Below, one piece after another: positions 1 through 13,560 of a stretch of DNA of 64,000 nt. Position 1 is the first letter of the stretch. The number at the start of each line of letters is the position of its first letter. Source of the stretch: the human T2T-CHM13v2.0 reference genome, Homo sapiens. The notes beneath the pieces are model-generated. The model was not told the origin of the DNA, did no database searches, and saw nothing but the letters and a program-made list of their open reading frames with translations. The position numbers and the translations under genes are program-made. The stretch is from NCBI RefSeq assembly GCF_009914755.1, contig NC_060926.1. One strand, given 5' to 3'.

Positions 1-1118
1 TAATAGCCATTCTGACTGGTGTGAGATGGTATCTCATTATGGTTTTGATTTGCATTTCCCTAATGATTAGTGATTACATTGAGCTTTTTTTGGTATGCTT
101 GTTGGCCACAATGATTGTTGTTATAAGTCTTCTTTTGAGAAGTGTCTGTTCAATGTCTTTTCCCATTTTTAAATGGGATTATTTGTTTGTTGCTTGTTGA
201 TTTGTTTAAGTTCCTTACATATTATGGATATTAGACCTTTGTCAGATTCATAGTTTGCAAATATTTTCTCCCACTCTGTAGGCTCTGTTTAATCTGCTGA
301 TAGTGTCTTTTGCTGTGCAGAAGCTCGTTAGTTTAATTAGGCTCCATGTGTCAATTTTTGGTTTTGTTGCAATTGCTTTTGAGAACTTAGTCATAAATTC
401 TTTCCCAAGGCTGATGTCCAGAATGGTGTTTCCTAGGAATCTTATAGTTTGAGGTCTTATATTTAAATCTTTGACCCATCTTGAGGTAATTTTTCTATAC
501 AGTTAAAGGTAAGGGTACAGTTTCATTCTCCTGCATGTAGCCAGCCAGCTATCCTAGTACCATTTATTGAATAGGGAGTCCTTTTCCCATTCCCTATTTT
601 TGTTGACTTTGTTGAAAATCAGATTGTTGTAGGTGTGTGGCTTTATTTCTGGGTTTTCTATTCTGTTCCATTGGTCTATGTATCTGTTTTTGTACCAGTA
701 CCATGCTGTTTTGGTTATTGTAGCCTTGTAGTATAGTTTGAAGTCAGGTAATGTGATACCTCCAGCTTTGTTCTTTTTGCTTAGGATTGCTTTGGCTATT
801 TGGGCTCTTTTTTGCTTCCACATAAATTTTAGAGTAGTTTTTTCTAGTTCTGTGAAACATGTCATTGGTAGCTTGATAAGAATAACATTGAATCTATAGG
901 TTGCTTTGGGCAGTATGGCCATTTTAACAATATTGATTTTTCATATCCATGAGCATGGGATATTTTTCCATTTGTTGGTGTCATCTATGATTTCTTTTGT
1001 TTTACCTGTCTGGTTAGCTGTTATTCTTAGGCATTTTATTTATTTTGCAGCTATTGTAAATGGGATTGTATTCTCGATTTGGCTCTCAGCTTGGATCTTA
1101 TTGGTGTGTAGAAATGCT
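1..1118 (-). mobile_element. LINE-1 fragment (older L1PA/L1PB type), 3' part of ORF2
   Basis: ORF 554..922(-) reads as L1 ORF2p ([61 protein letters not shown]); decayed; runs off the window start. Confidence 0.92.
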
Positions 1119-1934
1119 CTTGTACTGCTTTTTAATATTATTATTGTATCCATATAACTTCTTAAATGTAATCTTAAAATTTTTACCTAACTTTGTAAAA
1201 GTGATGTTATGCTGCATGTAGTCTGGGGAAAGTTACATTTTTCACTTGATATTATACTGCTTAGGTTTATTCATATTATTGTCTATCACTACAGTTTATT
1301 TATTTTAATCCCTATGTGAGAATATGCCAGAGTATGATCTTCCACTCTCTGGAGATAGACATTTGGATTGTTTCCAGACTTTGGCTATTGTAAACAGCTC
1401 TGCTATGAACTCTTACATGTGTTTCCTGAGTACATGTGAGTGAGTGAAAATCTGGGGCATAGATTATGTTTATTTTCAACTTTAGAAAATAGTGCAAAGC
1501 TGTTTTATAGAAATGGTTTCACCAATTTATGCTCCCACTAGTAATGTACAAGAGACCCTGGAAATGTGGATCCACACACTCTAAAAACTTGATATTGTTT
1601 GACTTTTAAAATATTTCCCAATTGAATGGATGCAAAACAGTGTTTCATTATGATCTTGATTTGTGTTTCCTAATCAGCAATGATGTTGAACATCTTTGCA
1701 TGTTTATTGGCCATATGGTTTCCCTTCTGTGAAATCTCTGGTCATGTCTCTTGTCCATCCTTCTGTTGGGTTGAGTGGGTCTATCCTCTTATTTAAAATG
1801 GTTGTTATATATATGAAAATATTCTTGATACTAATCTTTGTCAGTTGCGTATATTGCAAATATCTTCTCCCAATGTATAATTTATCTTTTTTACTTTAAA
1901 TTGTCTCTTGAAAAACAAAAATTCTTACTTTTAA

Positions 1935-2277
<343 letters not shown>

Positions 2278-2571
2278 TTATCTTTTATATTTAGCCAATG
2301 CTTTTTGTGTTTTAAGAAACCCTTTCCTACCCCCAGGCATAAAAGATATTCACACATATTTTTTCCTAAGAATATTAAAGTTTTGTTCTTGACATTTAAG
2401 TCTAATCTATTTGTAGCTGTAAAAGGATCTAATTTAATCTATTTTTCTTTGAGTAACCATTTTCGCCCAGTTTCATTTATTGACTAATCCCTTTTGTCCC
2501 CACTGGTTGAATGTATGACATCTATTATTTACCACAGTTTCATGCTATATGAATCTGTTTCTGAATGCTCT

Positions 2572-2688
2572 GTTTTTTTGTTTGTTTGTTTGTTTGTTTT
2601 TGTTTTTGTTTTGAGAGGAGTATTGCTCTGTCACCCAGGCTGTAGCGCAGTGGCGCCATCTCAGCTCACTGCAACCTCCACCTCCTGG
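2572..2688 (-). mobile_element. 5'-truncated Alu (tail plus part of right arm)
   Basis: (TTTG)n tail then gctctgtcacccaggctg..gcaacctccacctcctgg; imperfect tctgaa..ctct flanking repeat. Confidence 0.85.
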
Positions 2689-3099
2689 TCTGAACTCTTT
2701 GTTCTATCACATTGATCAATTTGTCTATACCTACACCTCCCTGGGATACCACATTGTTTTGACCACAAGAGCTTAAAAATAAGTCTTGATATGCAGTAAG
2801 GCAATTTCCTGCTCATCTTCAGAAGGGCCCTATTCTTGGCCCTTTGGTTTTTCAATTAAATTTTAGAATTGTTTTCTCATGTTCCATTTTTAAAAGCCTC
2901 CTAATGGATTTTCAATGGAATTGCATTTAATTTATAGATCATATTGGGAAGAATTGACATCTTTATGATAATCAGGTTGTCAGTTCATAAATTAAGTATT
3001 TTCCATCCATTTATGTATTTTAAGTATCTCTTAATAACATTCCCCTGTTCTTCAACATCACTTGTTAGATTTATGCCTGCATATTTTATATTCTTTAAT

Positions 3100-3266
3100 G
3101 GACTACAGGCACCCACCACGACGCCTGGCTAATTTTTTGTATTTTTTTAATAGAGACAGGGTTTCACTGTGTTAGCCAGGATGGTCTCAATCTCCTGAGC
3201 TTGTGATCCGACTGCCTCGGCCTCCCAGAGTGCTGGGATTACAGGCGTGAGCCACCGCACCCGACC
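3100..3266 (-). mobile_element. Alu fragment (left arm; 3' part missing)
   Basis: ggactacaggcacccaccacg ... gccaccgcacccgacc. Confidence 0.9.
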
Positions 3267-3937
3267 AACTTTTGAATATTAATTTTATATCCAGGCACCC
3301 TGATGAATTCTCTAGGCTTTTAGAATATTTGTCCTTGATTGTCTTAAATTTCACTGCATTATAGATAGGTATGAGTCTTCCCTTTTTTCTCCTCTTTGGT
3401 GCTCTTATAGGTCCTTTCAATCTGAGGTTGCTCGGTTTTTCTTTTTTAATTTCAGGAAATACATATCTATTATTTCATAAGGTATTTTATCCCTTTTTCT
3501 CTTTCTCATAATTCCTATTAAACAGACATTAGCATTTCCACCTCTCAAATTCATATCCCCTAACTTCCCTTGCATGTGTTCTAATTCTTTCCTTTTTCTC
3601 TTTGAGAGCTTTTTTCCATTTCAATTTTGGGCTTAGGAATTCATTTCTAGGTTGTAATCATCCTGCTATTTATCCATCTATTGTGTTCTTTAATCAGAGT
3701 ACAAGCTCCTAACTAATACTTCTACTTGGTTCTTATATTACAAGCTTTTCAAATTGCCGGCCTATTTGGGCTGGGGGCTCATTTTCTCCTAAGGGTACTG
3801 GCTAATGTGTCAGGCAATAACTGTGTGGGGAGGGCCAGATTCTAGTCTGTGAAGATTTCAGAAGACTCAAGAGATGGCAATGAATAAACCTGAGGGTGGA
3901 GAGAGCTTCCAGCACCTGAAAACCACAGTCCGCACCC

Positions 3938-4513
<576 letters not shown>

Positions 4514-5859
4514 TCCTCACTCCCATAAAACACAGTCAATCACTGCTCAATCTACAAAAGAACTGCCAGGCCACTTCTGGTCTTTTCTCCTCCTCCTCCC
4601 ATGCCCCAGACTGAGAAGTGCATTAGGAGGAGACACTCCCTAGGGTGTAATTTCCAAGCCCTTAGGACTGGAAGGAGATGGAGTAGGAAAGGAGGCCAGT
4701 TGGTCCCTACATATTTTTGTCACTTCCTTTTGAGCGCAGGGCTCCTGCTCTGTCTGATTTTAGTTCTGAGGCACCAGAGGTATGAGGACAGCACCTGTCT
4801 GACCAGAGAAATGGTGGTAGAAAAGCAGGAGCAGAACTCCAGCAGTTCACTGCTCAGTTTAGCCTCCTAGGAAGTGCTAGAAGCCAGAACACGTCTAGCC
4901 CCAGGCCAGTCACTTCCCACACCACAAATCAAAACAGTTTCTGTCATGCTAGGGTGTCCTCACAGTTTTCTATCTCACATTTCTTCCTGGTTGATCTTGA
5001 GGGAAGAAAACCGGCAGATGTACTCCTTAAAGATGCAAATCTTATCTTGCCACTTACCTGGCTGAATAGCCTTTGGTGTTTCCCACTAGGCTTTCAGAGT
5101 CTTAATCTGATTCATTTAGGAGAAAGGAGAATTTATTATAACCTCCACTCCTACTAAGGTCCTCTCTGCTGCTTCTTCCCAACTCTCTCTCAAGAAGTAT
5201 TAACTGGGAAGCTCAGCATTGAGAACTGCCGATTTGGTGCCATAGAGAAGTAGGCAGGCATGCCGTGCGTTAATGAATCATGTGCGTCCATGTGTCTTTC
5301 TGCATCCAGCTGAGGAGCAAGTTGACTTAGTAAATGAGTCCATATTTTACTGTACAAACCTGGCTGTATTAATTCCCCTCTACCTCTGATTTCTGCTATG
5401 CAATCCCAGCCAGAAGCTGGTGAGCTCACAAACTGGATTTGGGCCTGGGGGGAAGCAGGATATCTTATTCAGCTTAGCGTCTAAGCCTCAAGCTTCAACC
5501 CAACCGAAGACCTGCACTTGTGCAGCAATTGAGTGCAATTTCGATTCCTATTTGGCTCCTGTTCCTTCCAATGGGAACTTTGTGGGGCTGAGAGGAAGGG
5601 AGAAGAAATAATCTGCAGGACAGGAATCTGATTTTCCAGGATTCCTGACCACGTGCCATCAAATGCCAGCTGCACCTCTTCCCCTGTGATGGTGTAGCTT
5701 GTCCAGCCCCTCTGTGAACTGGCTCAGCCCCTATTGCTCCAGTCTTCTTGCCATTTCACCTCTGCCTGTGGCGTTTCTGACAGCTGGTCCTTCTTGTGTG
5801 TCCCCAGCATTTAACATGGTGTCTGGCACCTCCCATATATTTGTAGAATGGACATGTTA

Positions 5860-5990
5860 AATAGGCCTTGTCACCCCTGTTTCCTGGATGTAACTCAGAG
5901 AAACTCAGTAGTTTCCCCAAAGTCACACAGCTAGTAAGTGCTGGATCTGGAATCGACATCAGGCTGGCCTGGTTCCCAGTCCCTGCTCCT
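5860..5990. mobile_element. MIR fragment
   Basis: MIR core-like aactcagagaaactcagtagtttccccaaagtcacacagctagtaagtg. Confidence 0.6.
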
Positions 5991-7781
5991 CTCTACAGGG
6001 CAAAGCAGAGAGCTGCTTTCCCTGGCATGGCCCCATTTGTATCCGGAGAGGGAAACTTCAGCTCACAGAGATTACATGCTCTGGTGCTGACAGCTTGTTC
6101 ATCTCTTCCACTTATCTGCTGTCTATCTTTCTTACTAGTGAAGGTACTGGGGCATAGTTCTTATTAAATTAAGCGTAAGACAAAATCTTTTATTTAAAGC
6201 CATTTACCTGTCCATTTCCCCAGGGCAGCTCTTTATTAAGTGATTTCTCACATTTTCCGGATGACTCAGTCAGTGTGATGGGTGCTATGCCTGGAGAAGA
6301 GAGAGGGAGGACAGAGACAGGGGCAGAGAAAGCCAATAAAGCTGACTGAGTAGCTGGAAGGGAAAGCACAGTATCATGGCATAGGTGTAGAGAGAGTATT
6401 TGAAGCTTACTGTGAAGGCCGTCTGTCCCCACAGAGCTCTGGGATCTACCCAAAATGTCCTCATCAGCAATTATGCCCTTCTGAGCCACTCCCTCTGAAG
6501 TACTGATTTCCCCCAGGAGGAAAAGCAGCTGCTGTTTGCCCTGTAAGGAGCCTCAGGGCAGAAGGCAGGTCTTGTGTTTCCAGAGGCCTGGGAAGCAAGG
6601 TGGAAAGGCCTAGAAAGGAGAGGGACTTGGGGGTAATGCTAGAAGCCAGACTTTATCCAGGGTAGAGTGTTGAGGGGGCTGGGCCCCTGTGAGAAAGAAA
6701 ACCTCTCTAAGGTGAGAGTCGAGGCCTGAGAGTGACACGGCCCAAGGAACTGACACATGGCCGAGGTCTCATTGCCATTATTGTCAAGACTTTGAGAAAT
6801 CCAGAGTAAACCAGTAAGGAGAATCTGTGAAAAGAAGTGGCAACTGTGCTGGGATCCAAGACATTAAATTGGGTGTCCACCTGCTCTCAGGCTCGAAGGC
6901 CCTGCATGTGGAATGGAGTGTTAATCTGATGGTTCTCTCAGGCCCCCTCACGCCTAAGGGGGGGGGTCTTCGGCCTGGGTCAGAGCTTCCTGATGGTGCT
7001 GTCTGGACCTGACCTTTAAAGACACCTGCCGTACCACCACGTGTGGAACATATGTGGGCTCATGAGGCTCAGACCCTGCCCTGAACCCCACTGTAGACAA
7101 AACATTTCTGATACTCCACAGGGCTGAGAGCAGGCTGGCTACCCAGGCAACCCGAAAAAATCCAGATCACTGGTCTTGGATCAGGATACCTGGACCCTAA
7201 TACCAGCTTCCTGTGTGACCCTGGTCAAGTCTCTAAACTTTCTGGTCTCCAACTATAAAATGAGGGAAATAATGTTTACCCCTTCTACCCCATGGGGGCT
7301 TGGAGATCCAAATGGGATCCGTCTGTGAAGGAGCTTAGAAGAATGTGAAGTTCTCCTGCAGAGGAAGGCAGATGACCAATACAGACATGGCTACGCAACC
7401 GTCAGCACAGATGCTCAGTGTTACCAACAAAAGTGGTTGTCTTTCTTGGAATTATTTTAGAAGTGGGTCATTTGCTTTAAAGAAAGAGATCATCATGGAC
7501 TGGCCACACAGTCCGTGACACAGCAGGTCAGAAAGGCTTCCTCCTACTGGGAAGTCTGGGTGGCTGCTGCACCCACATCCTGGGAGATTCCCACCTAGGG
7601 GGCCATCAGGTTTGGAGACATGACAGCCAGCGCTGGCCACAGCCAAAATGACACGGAGTAGTTATGGGCAACCCTAGGCTGGCAAGTTTGCAGCTATGAG
7701 GTCTCTGACCCCAGGGCTGTTCCCCGCCAGATGCTGGCTGGGTGATCCATGACACATGGTCTTCCATTCCCCAATCCCTAA

Positions 7782-8226
<445 letters not shown>

Positions 8227-8517
8227 TCTCCTTACCTTATTTCTTAAACTCATTCAGTTAGGTTTCTGCCCCATCACTCCACTCCCGTCAGAGCCACCAA
8301 TGGTTATCATGCTGCAAACTGATGCATGGCAGTCACTTCTCAGTGCTCATCCTCCTCCACCTCCCAGCAGCATTCGATGCAGTGGTCAGATCACTCCTTC
8401 TTCTCTGTGGCCTCTCTTCTTTTGATGTCCAAGACCACCATCTCTTGGTTCTCAACTTCATGGGCTGGTTCTTGGCCTCCTTTGCAGGATTCACTTCATT
8501 TTCTTGAATTTCTTGAT

Positions 8518-8605
8518 TGAACCGTGGGATCCTCCAACATCCAAACAAAATGTCTTTATTTATTTATTTATTTATTTATTGGATGTTGGAGGATCCCAGG
8601 GTTCA
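8518..8605. repeat. 27-bp inverted repeat around a (TTTA)n-containing loop
   Basis: 8518-8544 is the reverse complement of 8579-8605 with 1 mismatch. Confidence 0.95.
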
Positions 8606-9121
8606 GGCCTCAGCTCTTTCTCTTCACCATCCATACTCACTCTTAGTTTAACCCATCCAGTCCATATTCAACAATGAATATGCTGATAATCCCCAACATA
8701 TACTTCAGTCCAGACCTTTCCCCTGAACACCATGTATATATTAGATTCCCGTCCAAAATGTCTACTTGGATGGCATCTCAACTGAAATACATCCAAAACC
8801 AAATTTCTGACTTTTCCCACCCCTCCTCTCCAATTTTCACTATCCTAGCAACTTTATTTTAGTTACTCCAGCCGAAAACCTTGCCATCATCCTTAATTCT
8901 GTCCCTGCTCTCTACCTGCCCCCTCCATGTATCAATCAGCAATTCCTGTCGGCTCTACCTGACTGCCTTATTCCACCCCCATAACCACCACTCGGTCCCA
9001 AATCACCCACGTCACACCCGGAGACCTGCAGCAGCCTCTGCACCCTCTCCTTGCTCCATCCTCATCCCCATCCTTTCATCACAGCAGCGAGAGTGATCCT
9101 TCCTAACGTAGAAGTAGATCA

Positions 9122-9372
9122 CGCTATACATTTGCCACAACTCGTAGGATATATGCAACTCAAATAGTGACCCCTACTATGAAGAATGGATTTGAGTGGA
9201 TAATAACGTATCAGTATTGGTTCATCAATGGTAAGAAATGTACCACACTAATATAAGATGTAAATAGCAGGGGGACCTGAGGAGAGTTGGTGTGTAGGAA
9301 CTTTCTGTGCCTTTCCACCAATTTTTCTATAAACCTAAAACTGCTCAAAAAAATTATCCTAATAGAAAAAAA
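9122..9372 (+). mobile_element. L1M 3'-end fragment inserted in L2
   Basis: atcagtattggttcatcaat..aaatgtaccacactaat..ctataaacctaaaactgctc plus A-rich end; flanking ag(t/c)agatcac repeat. Confidence 0.75.
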
Positions 9373-9879
9373 GCAGATCACATCACTCCTCTGCTGTAAA
9401 CCCTCCAGGGGCTTCCAGCTCCTCGTAGGGGAGAGAGGAACAAATCCCCTACAGGAGCCCAGAAGAACTCCTGCGGTGTTGGCCTCCTATGAGTTCTAGA
9501 GCCTCAGTCTCATCTCTCCACCTCTCCCTCTCCCCTTCACTGTGTTCTAGCCACACTGGCCTCTTTGCTCTCCCTCAAATACAGCAAGCACCCTTCCCTG
9601 CCTCCCCCAACCTAGGGCTTAGCATTTACTCTTCCCATTGCTTGGAAGGTGCTCACCAGATGTCTCCTTGCTGTCTTCAGATCTCACTTTGAAGTTTAGC
9701 TTCAGAGAAGTCCTCCCTTACACTCCGTGAAACATGGCACCTCCTCTCACTCTCTCTCCCTTTCTGACACTTTATCCTTCTTCTCTGCATGTAGCACCAT
9801 GTGACCTTTAGTAAGATTATCTTTGTATTTCCCCACACGTCACTTCCTCAAAATTAAAAGAACAAAAAAGTCCTGAAGT

Positions 9880-10197
9880 TTAGAACTGGATCACTTGGCT
9901 CTTTCTCCTCTTATCTCCTCCCAGCTCAAAGTGCTCGTATCTCTGAATAGCCAGCATCCTCTTGATCTGCAGTTGGGTGCGACATGTTCCAGCCTTGGCA
10001 CAAAGCTCTTGGTGATGTTAGCCTTCCTCTGGAAAACTGGCTTTGTTTGCCCACCATTGCCACTCTGTTTCCCATCACAGCACTCCTTCTCTGGGCACTC
10101 AGGGAATCCTTGCCCTTCTTATACCGGGTGGCTCTGTGAGGCTGATGTGTACCACACTTCTTATAGAAAGTTCTTCGGTTTCCAGGTACTCTGACAT
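9880..10197 (-). pseudogene. RPL36AP14: Processed pseudogene of ribosomal protein eL42 (RPL36A/RPL36AL)
   Basis: Minus strand: gctgcaagATG.. then [21 protein letters not shown] / [22 protein letters not shown] / [29 protein letters not shown]; intronless and frameshifted, with UTR-like flanks to ~9810 and ~10290. The pseudogene number is from memory. Confidence 0.93.
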
Positions 10198-11182
10198 CTT
10201 GCAGCGAAGGTGTCTACACGGTGAAAATGGAAATCTGGCATCTGCCCTCTCTGCCTTGCCCTGCTGGAGCCTGTCACCTGATGTGTCTGTGTAATTTTGT
10301 TGTCTTCCTCTACTAGAATATAATCACCAGGAGCACAGGAACTTTGCGCATTTTGCTTAATACTGTATCTTGAGGGACCTGCCCCCATGATCCAAACACC
10401 TCCCACCAGGCCTGATGGGATGCCTAAAAAAATCTGGGTACTGATTGATGTTTAATTAATATTTGTTGATGTAATGAATTACAAAAACAGAACAAATTAG
10501 AGTCCTTCCAGGCTGTCGGCCCTGGAAAGGCTCAGAAAGTCAGGAGTAGTAGGAGCTGCGTAGCCAGAGGATAAGAGTGGCTCAGTCGCCATAATGATGC
10601 AGTTTGACAGAAGGAACTTCAGCATCTGTTGCTAAGGGGTTGGCTAAACACCCATGTCACTCCAGCTGTGTTGTTCCTAAACAATAACATATTTTCCAGC
10701 TGGTGATTCAGCCTCCCTGAGATCTGGCTTGTAGTGCACTTGAGGTTGTTTCCTGTTCATTACGCTCTGTACACTTTCAAAAAGCCCTCAGTAGCTGAAT
10801 TAACCCAGCTACCTTTATTTGCAAACAGAAGGACTCAATTTATACAGAGAGGTAGAGAACTATCCTCATGCCCAGGTCTAAAAATTTACTATCAGTTTAA
10901 CATATTTTACCTGCTTGTATTCTTGTGGTTTATTTTCGTTTCTTGACCAACTTCAATTTGTTCCAGGTTTCGAGGAATCAAAAACAACAGATGATAATGT
11001 TACCTCAAAATTTTTGATGTTATAAATAACATCTTTGCAAACAAATCTTTCTTGGCATCTCTGATCGTTTTCTTTGTTTCTCTTTCTAACAGAATGAAGC
11101 TATGAATCCTGATTATGCTCAAGTGTAAGGTAGGGTCTTTTTTTTTCAATCCTAAATTATTCCTCAGAAAAGAAGAAATCAT

Positions 11183-11214
11183 TTATTGTCACGTGCTTAT
11201 TGTCACGTGCTTAT
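11183..11214. repeat. 14-bp tandem duplication carrying two CACGTG E-boxes
   Basis: ttattgtcacgtgc x2 plus ttat. Confidence 0.95.
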
Positions 11215-11247
11215 GAATGCTTTTATTAGCAGCAATCTTTAAATTAT

Positions 11248-11647
11248 AGTTCACCTTTGAATAATGCCCTCATGCAGTTGAAAATCCATGTCAAACTCTT
11301 GGCTCCCCGAAAACTTAATTAATAGTAGCCTACTGTTAACGTGGAAGACTTACTGAGAACCTAAATAATTGATTAAAATATATTTTGTATATTATATGTA
11401 CTATATAGTGTATTCTCACAATGAGGTACGCTAGAGAAAAAGTGTTATTAAGCAAACCTTAAGGAAAATAAAATGTATTTATTAAGTAGAAGTGGATTAT
11501 CACAAAGGTCTTCATCCTTGTTGCAGGCAGAGAGAAGGAGGAAGAGGAGGGCTTGGTTTTGCTGTGTTAGGGGTGGCTGAGGTGGAGGAAAATCTGTGTA
11601 CAAGAAGACACCCGCAGTTCAAACCTGTGTTGTTCAAGGATCAATTG
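11248..11647. mobile_element. Tigger2-family (TcMar) DNA transposon remnant
   Basis: Right end cagttcaaacctgtgttgttcaaggatcaattg matches the Tigger2 TIR; decayed left TIR agttcacctttgaa. Confidence 0.75.
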
Positions 11648-11849
11648 TGCTTTATCTTTTAACAGCAAAGTGCTGTTGGAAGAAGATACATAAATTTAAT
11701 ACTTCTCAATCCTGGACGGAATGTTGGGGGTGGAGGAGTTTAAGAAAATACTGATGATCAGATCCCACCTGAGACCAAGAATATTAGAATCTCTGGGGTA
11801 GTACTGGGCATTGGTATATTTTTTTAAGCTTCCCAGCTGTTACCAGTTC

Positions 11850-12241
11850 ATATGGATTGGATATTTGTCTCCTCCAAATCTCATGTTGAAATGCAATCCT
11901 CAGTGTTGGAGGTGGGGCCTGGTGGGAGGTGTTTGGATCATGGGGGCGGGTCCCTCATGAAAGGCTTGGTGTCCTCCCCGTGATAATGAGTGAAGTCTTG
12001 CTTTATTCATTCACGTGAAAACTGGCTTAAAAGAGCCTGGCACCTCTCTTGCTCCCTCTCACCATGTAACACGCCTGCTCCCCTTTGCCTTCCACCATGA
12101 TGCAAGCTTCCTGAGGCCTCACCAGAAGCAGATGCTGGCACCATGCTTCATGTACAGCCTGCAGAACCATGAGCTAAATAAACCTCTTTTCTTTATAAAT
12201 TACCCAGCCTTGGTAAATGCAATGCAAAATGGACTAATACA
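11850..12241 (+). mobile_element. MST (MSTB-like) ERVL-MaLR solo LTR, next to a MER5-like fragment
   Basis: tatggattggatatttgt..ccaaatctcatgttgaaat ... aaataaacctcttttctttataaattaccc ... ggactaataca. Confidence 0.9.
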
Positions 12242-12839
12242 CCAGCGTAAAGCTAGGACAGACAGCCTCTGTCCCTAAATGACCTCAGTCCTTGCTAATT
12301 TTGTGTATTTATAGAAGCCACTTTTCAGAGTCAATGTCCAAGAAGCTAAAGAAATTTAACTTTGATTTTGTCATTATTCTTGGAGGTGTGGCTTCCTTCT
12401 CTTCTTATCAACCCATTCTCAGGAAACTGACAAGCTCAGTCACACTGAGGTGTTAATGACTGATAACACTTCATGTGTTAGTTTTTTAACAGAATATTCC
12501 TTGCCCTGAACAGGAGGAGCCATGGGGGCCTTCTACATCCACTCCTCCTTTTCCACCATTCTGTGGGTGACCAGCTGCTTCCTGTAAGGCCTGTCCAGAT
12601 TCCTGAGAGAAGCGTTAGGGCTTCTGGCCATAAAAATAGGGTGTTCCAAGGACATAAGCAGGGCAGTGAGCAGGGCAGTGTCCCTTTAATTTGCTGCTGG
12701 AATTGGGCAGCATCTGAGATCAGGACCTTTGAAATATTTATCTGCTTGTTATTTATCTGGGCAGGGTGCAGGGGAGAGGAAAGGTCCTGGGAACTCTACC
12801 CAGAGTCAGGGAGAATGCAGGGAAAACTTTGCTAAATTT

Positions 12840-13560
12840 GTTTTAATAACTTTTACTGTAATTTTTTATTGTAAAAGTAACAAAGCTTACTAGAGAAATT
12901 TTGAAATATACAAAAAAGTGTAGAGAAGAAAGAAACCACCTATAATCCCACAACCCAGTGATAGCCAATGTTAACAGTTTGGCATATTTCCAGCTAGAGC
13001 TCTTTTTTAAGCACAGACACATGCGCTGTATAGAACTCTGTATAATGTTGCATCCTCTTCTTTTCCTTGAATGTTACAGCATAAGCATATTCCTATGTCA
13101 TTAAAATTTCTCTTAAAACATAATTTGGAATGGCTCCATAGTATTCCCTCATTTGTTGTCTCACAATTTATTTAACTAATTTCCTATTGTTGGATATTTA
13201 GGTTTTTTCCAAGTTTTCATTTTATGAAGATAATGAGACTAGTAGCCGTTCACAAATCTGCTTGTACTTCTGCTTAATTTTTAGTTTAATCTTTGACCAG
13301 AAAGTCAACACGGTTTTGAGAAAAGTCTACCTTTTTTTTTGTTTTGCTTATTGTTTTTTTTTAAATGGAGGCAAATTTTATTTCACATAAAATTCACCAT
13401 TTTAACTATTTTAAAGAGTATTTTTTGTGGCTTTTAGTACATTCGTAATGTTGTGCAACCATCACCACCATCTAATTCCAGAACATTTTCGTCACCCCAA
13501 AAAGAAACCCTGTACCCATTAAGCAATCACTCCCCATTCCGCCTCCTCCCAGTCCCTGCT
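12840..13560 (-). mobile_element. Old L1M 3'-end fragments
   Basis: cataaaattcaccattttaac..gttgtgcaaccatcaccaccatctaattccagaacattt; cctattgttggatatttaggtt. Confidence 0.7.

Noticed and set aside
554-922. 122-aa ORF as a gene
   Set aside because: Decayed L1 ORF2 fragment.
2572-3266. Two complementary Alu halves as one Alu split by an insertion
   Set aside because: The intervening DNA continues the older L1M and the first half has its own TSD-like flanks; more likely two separate events.
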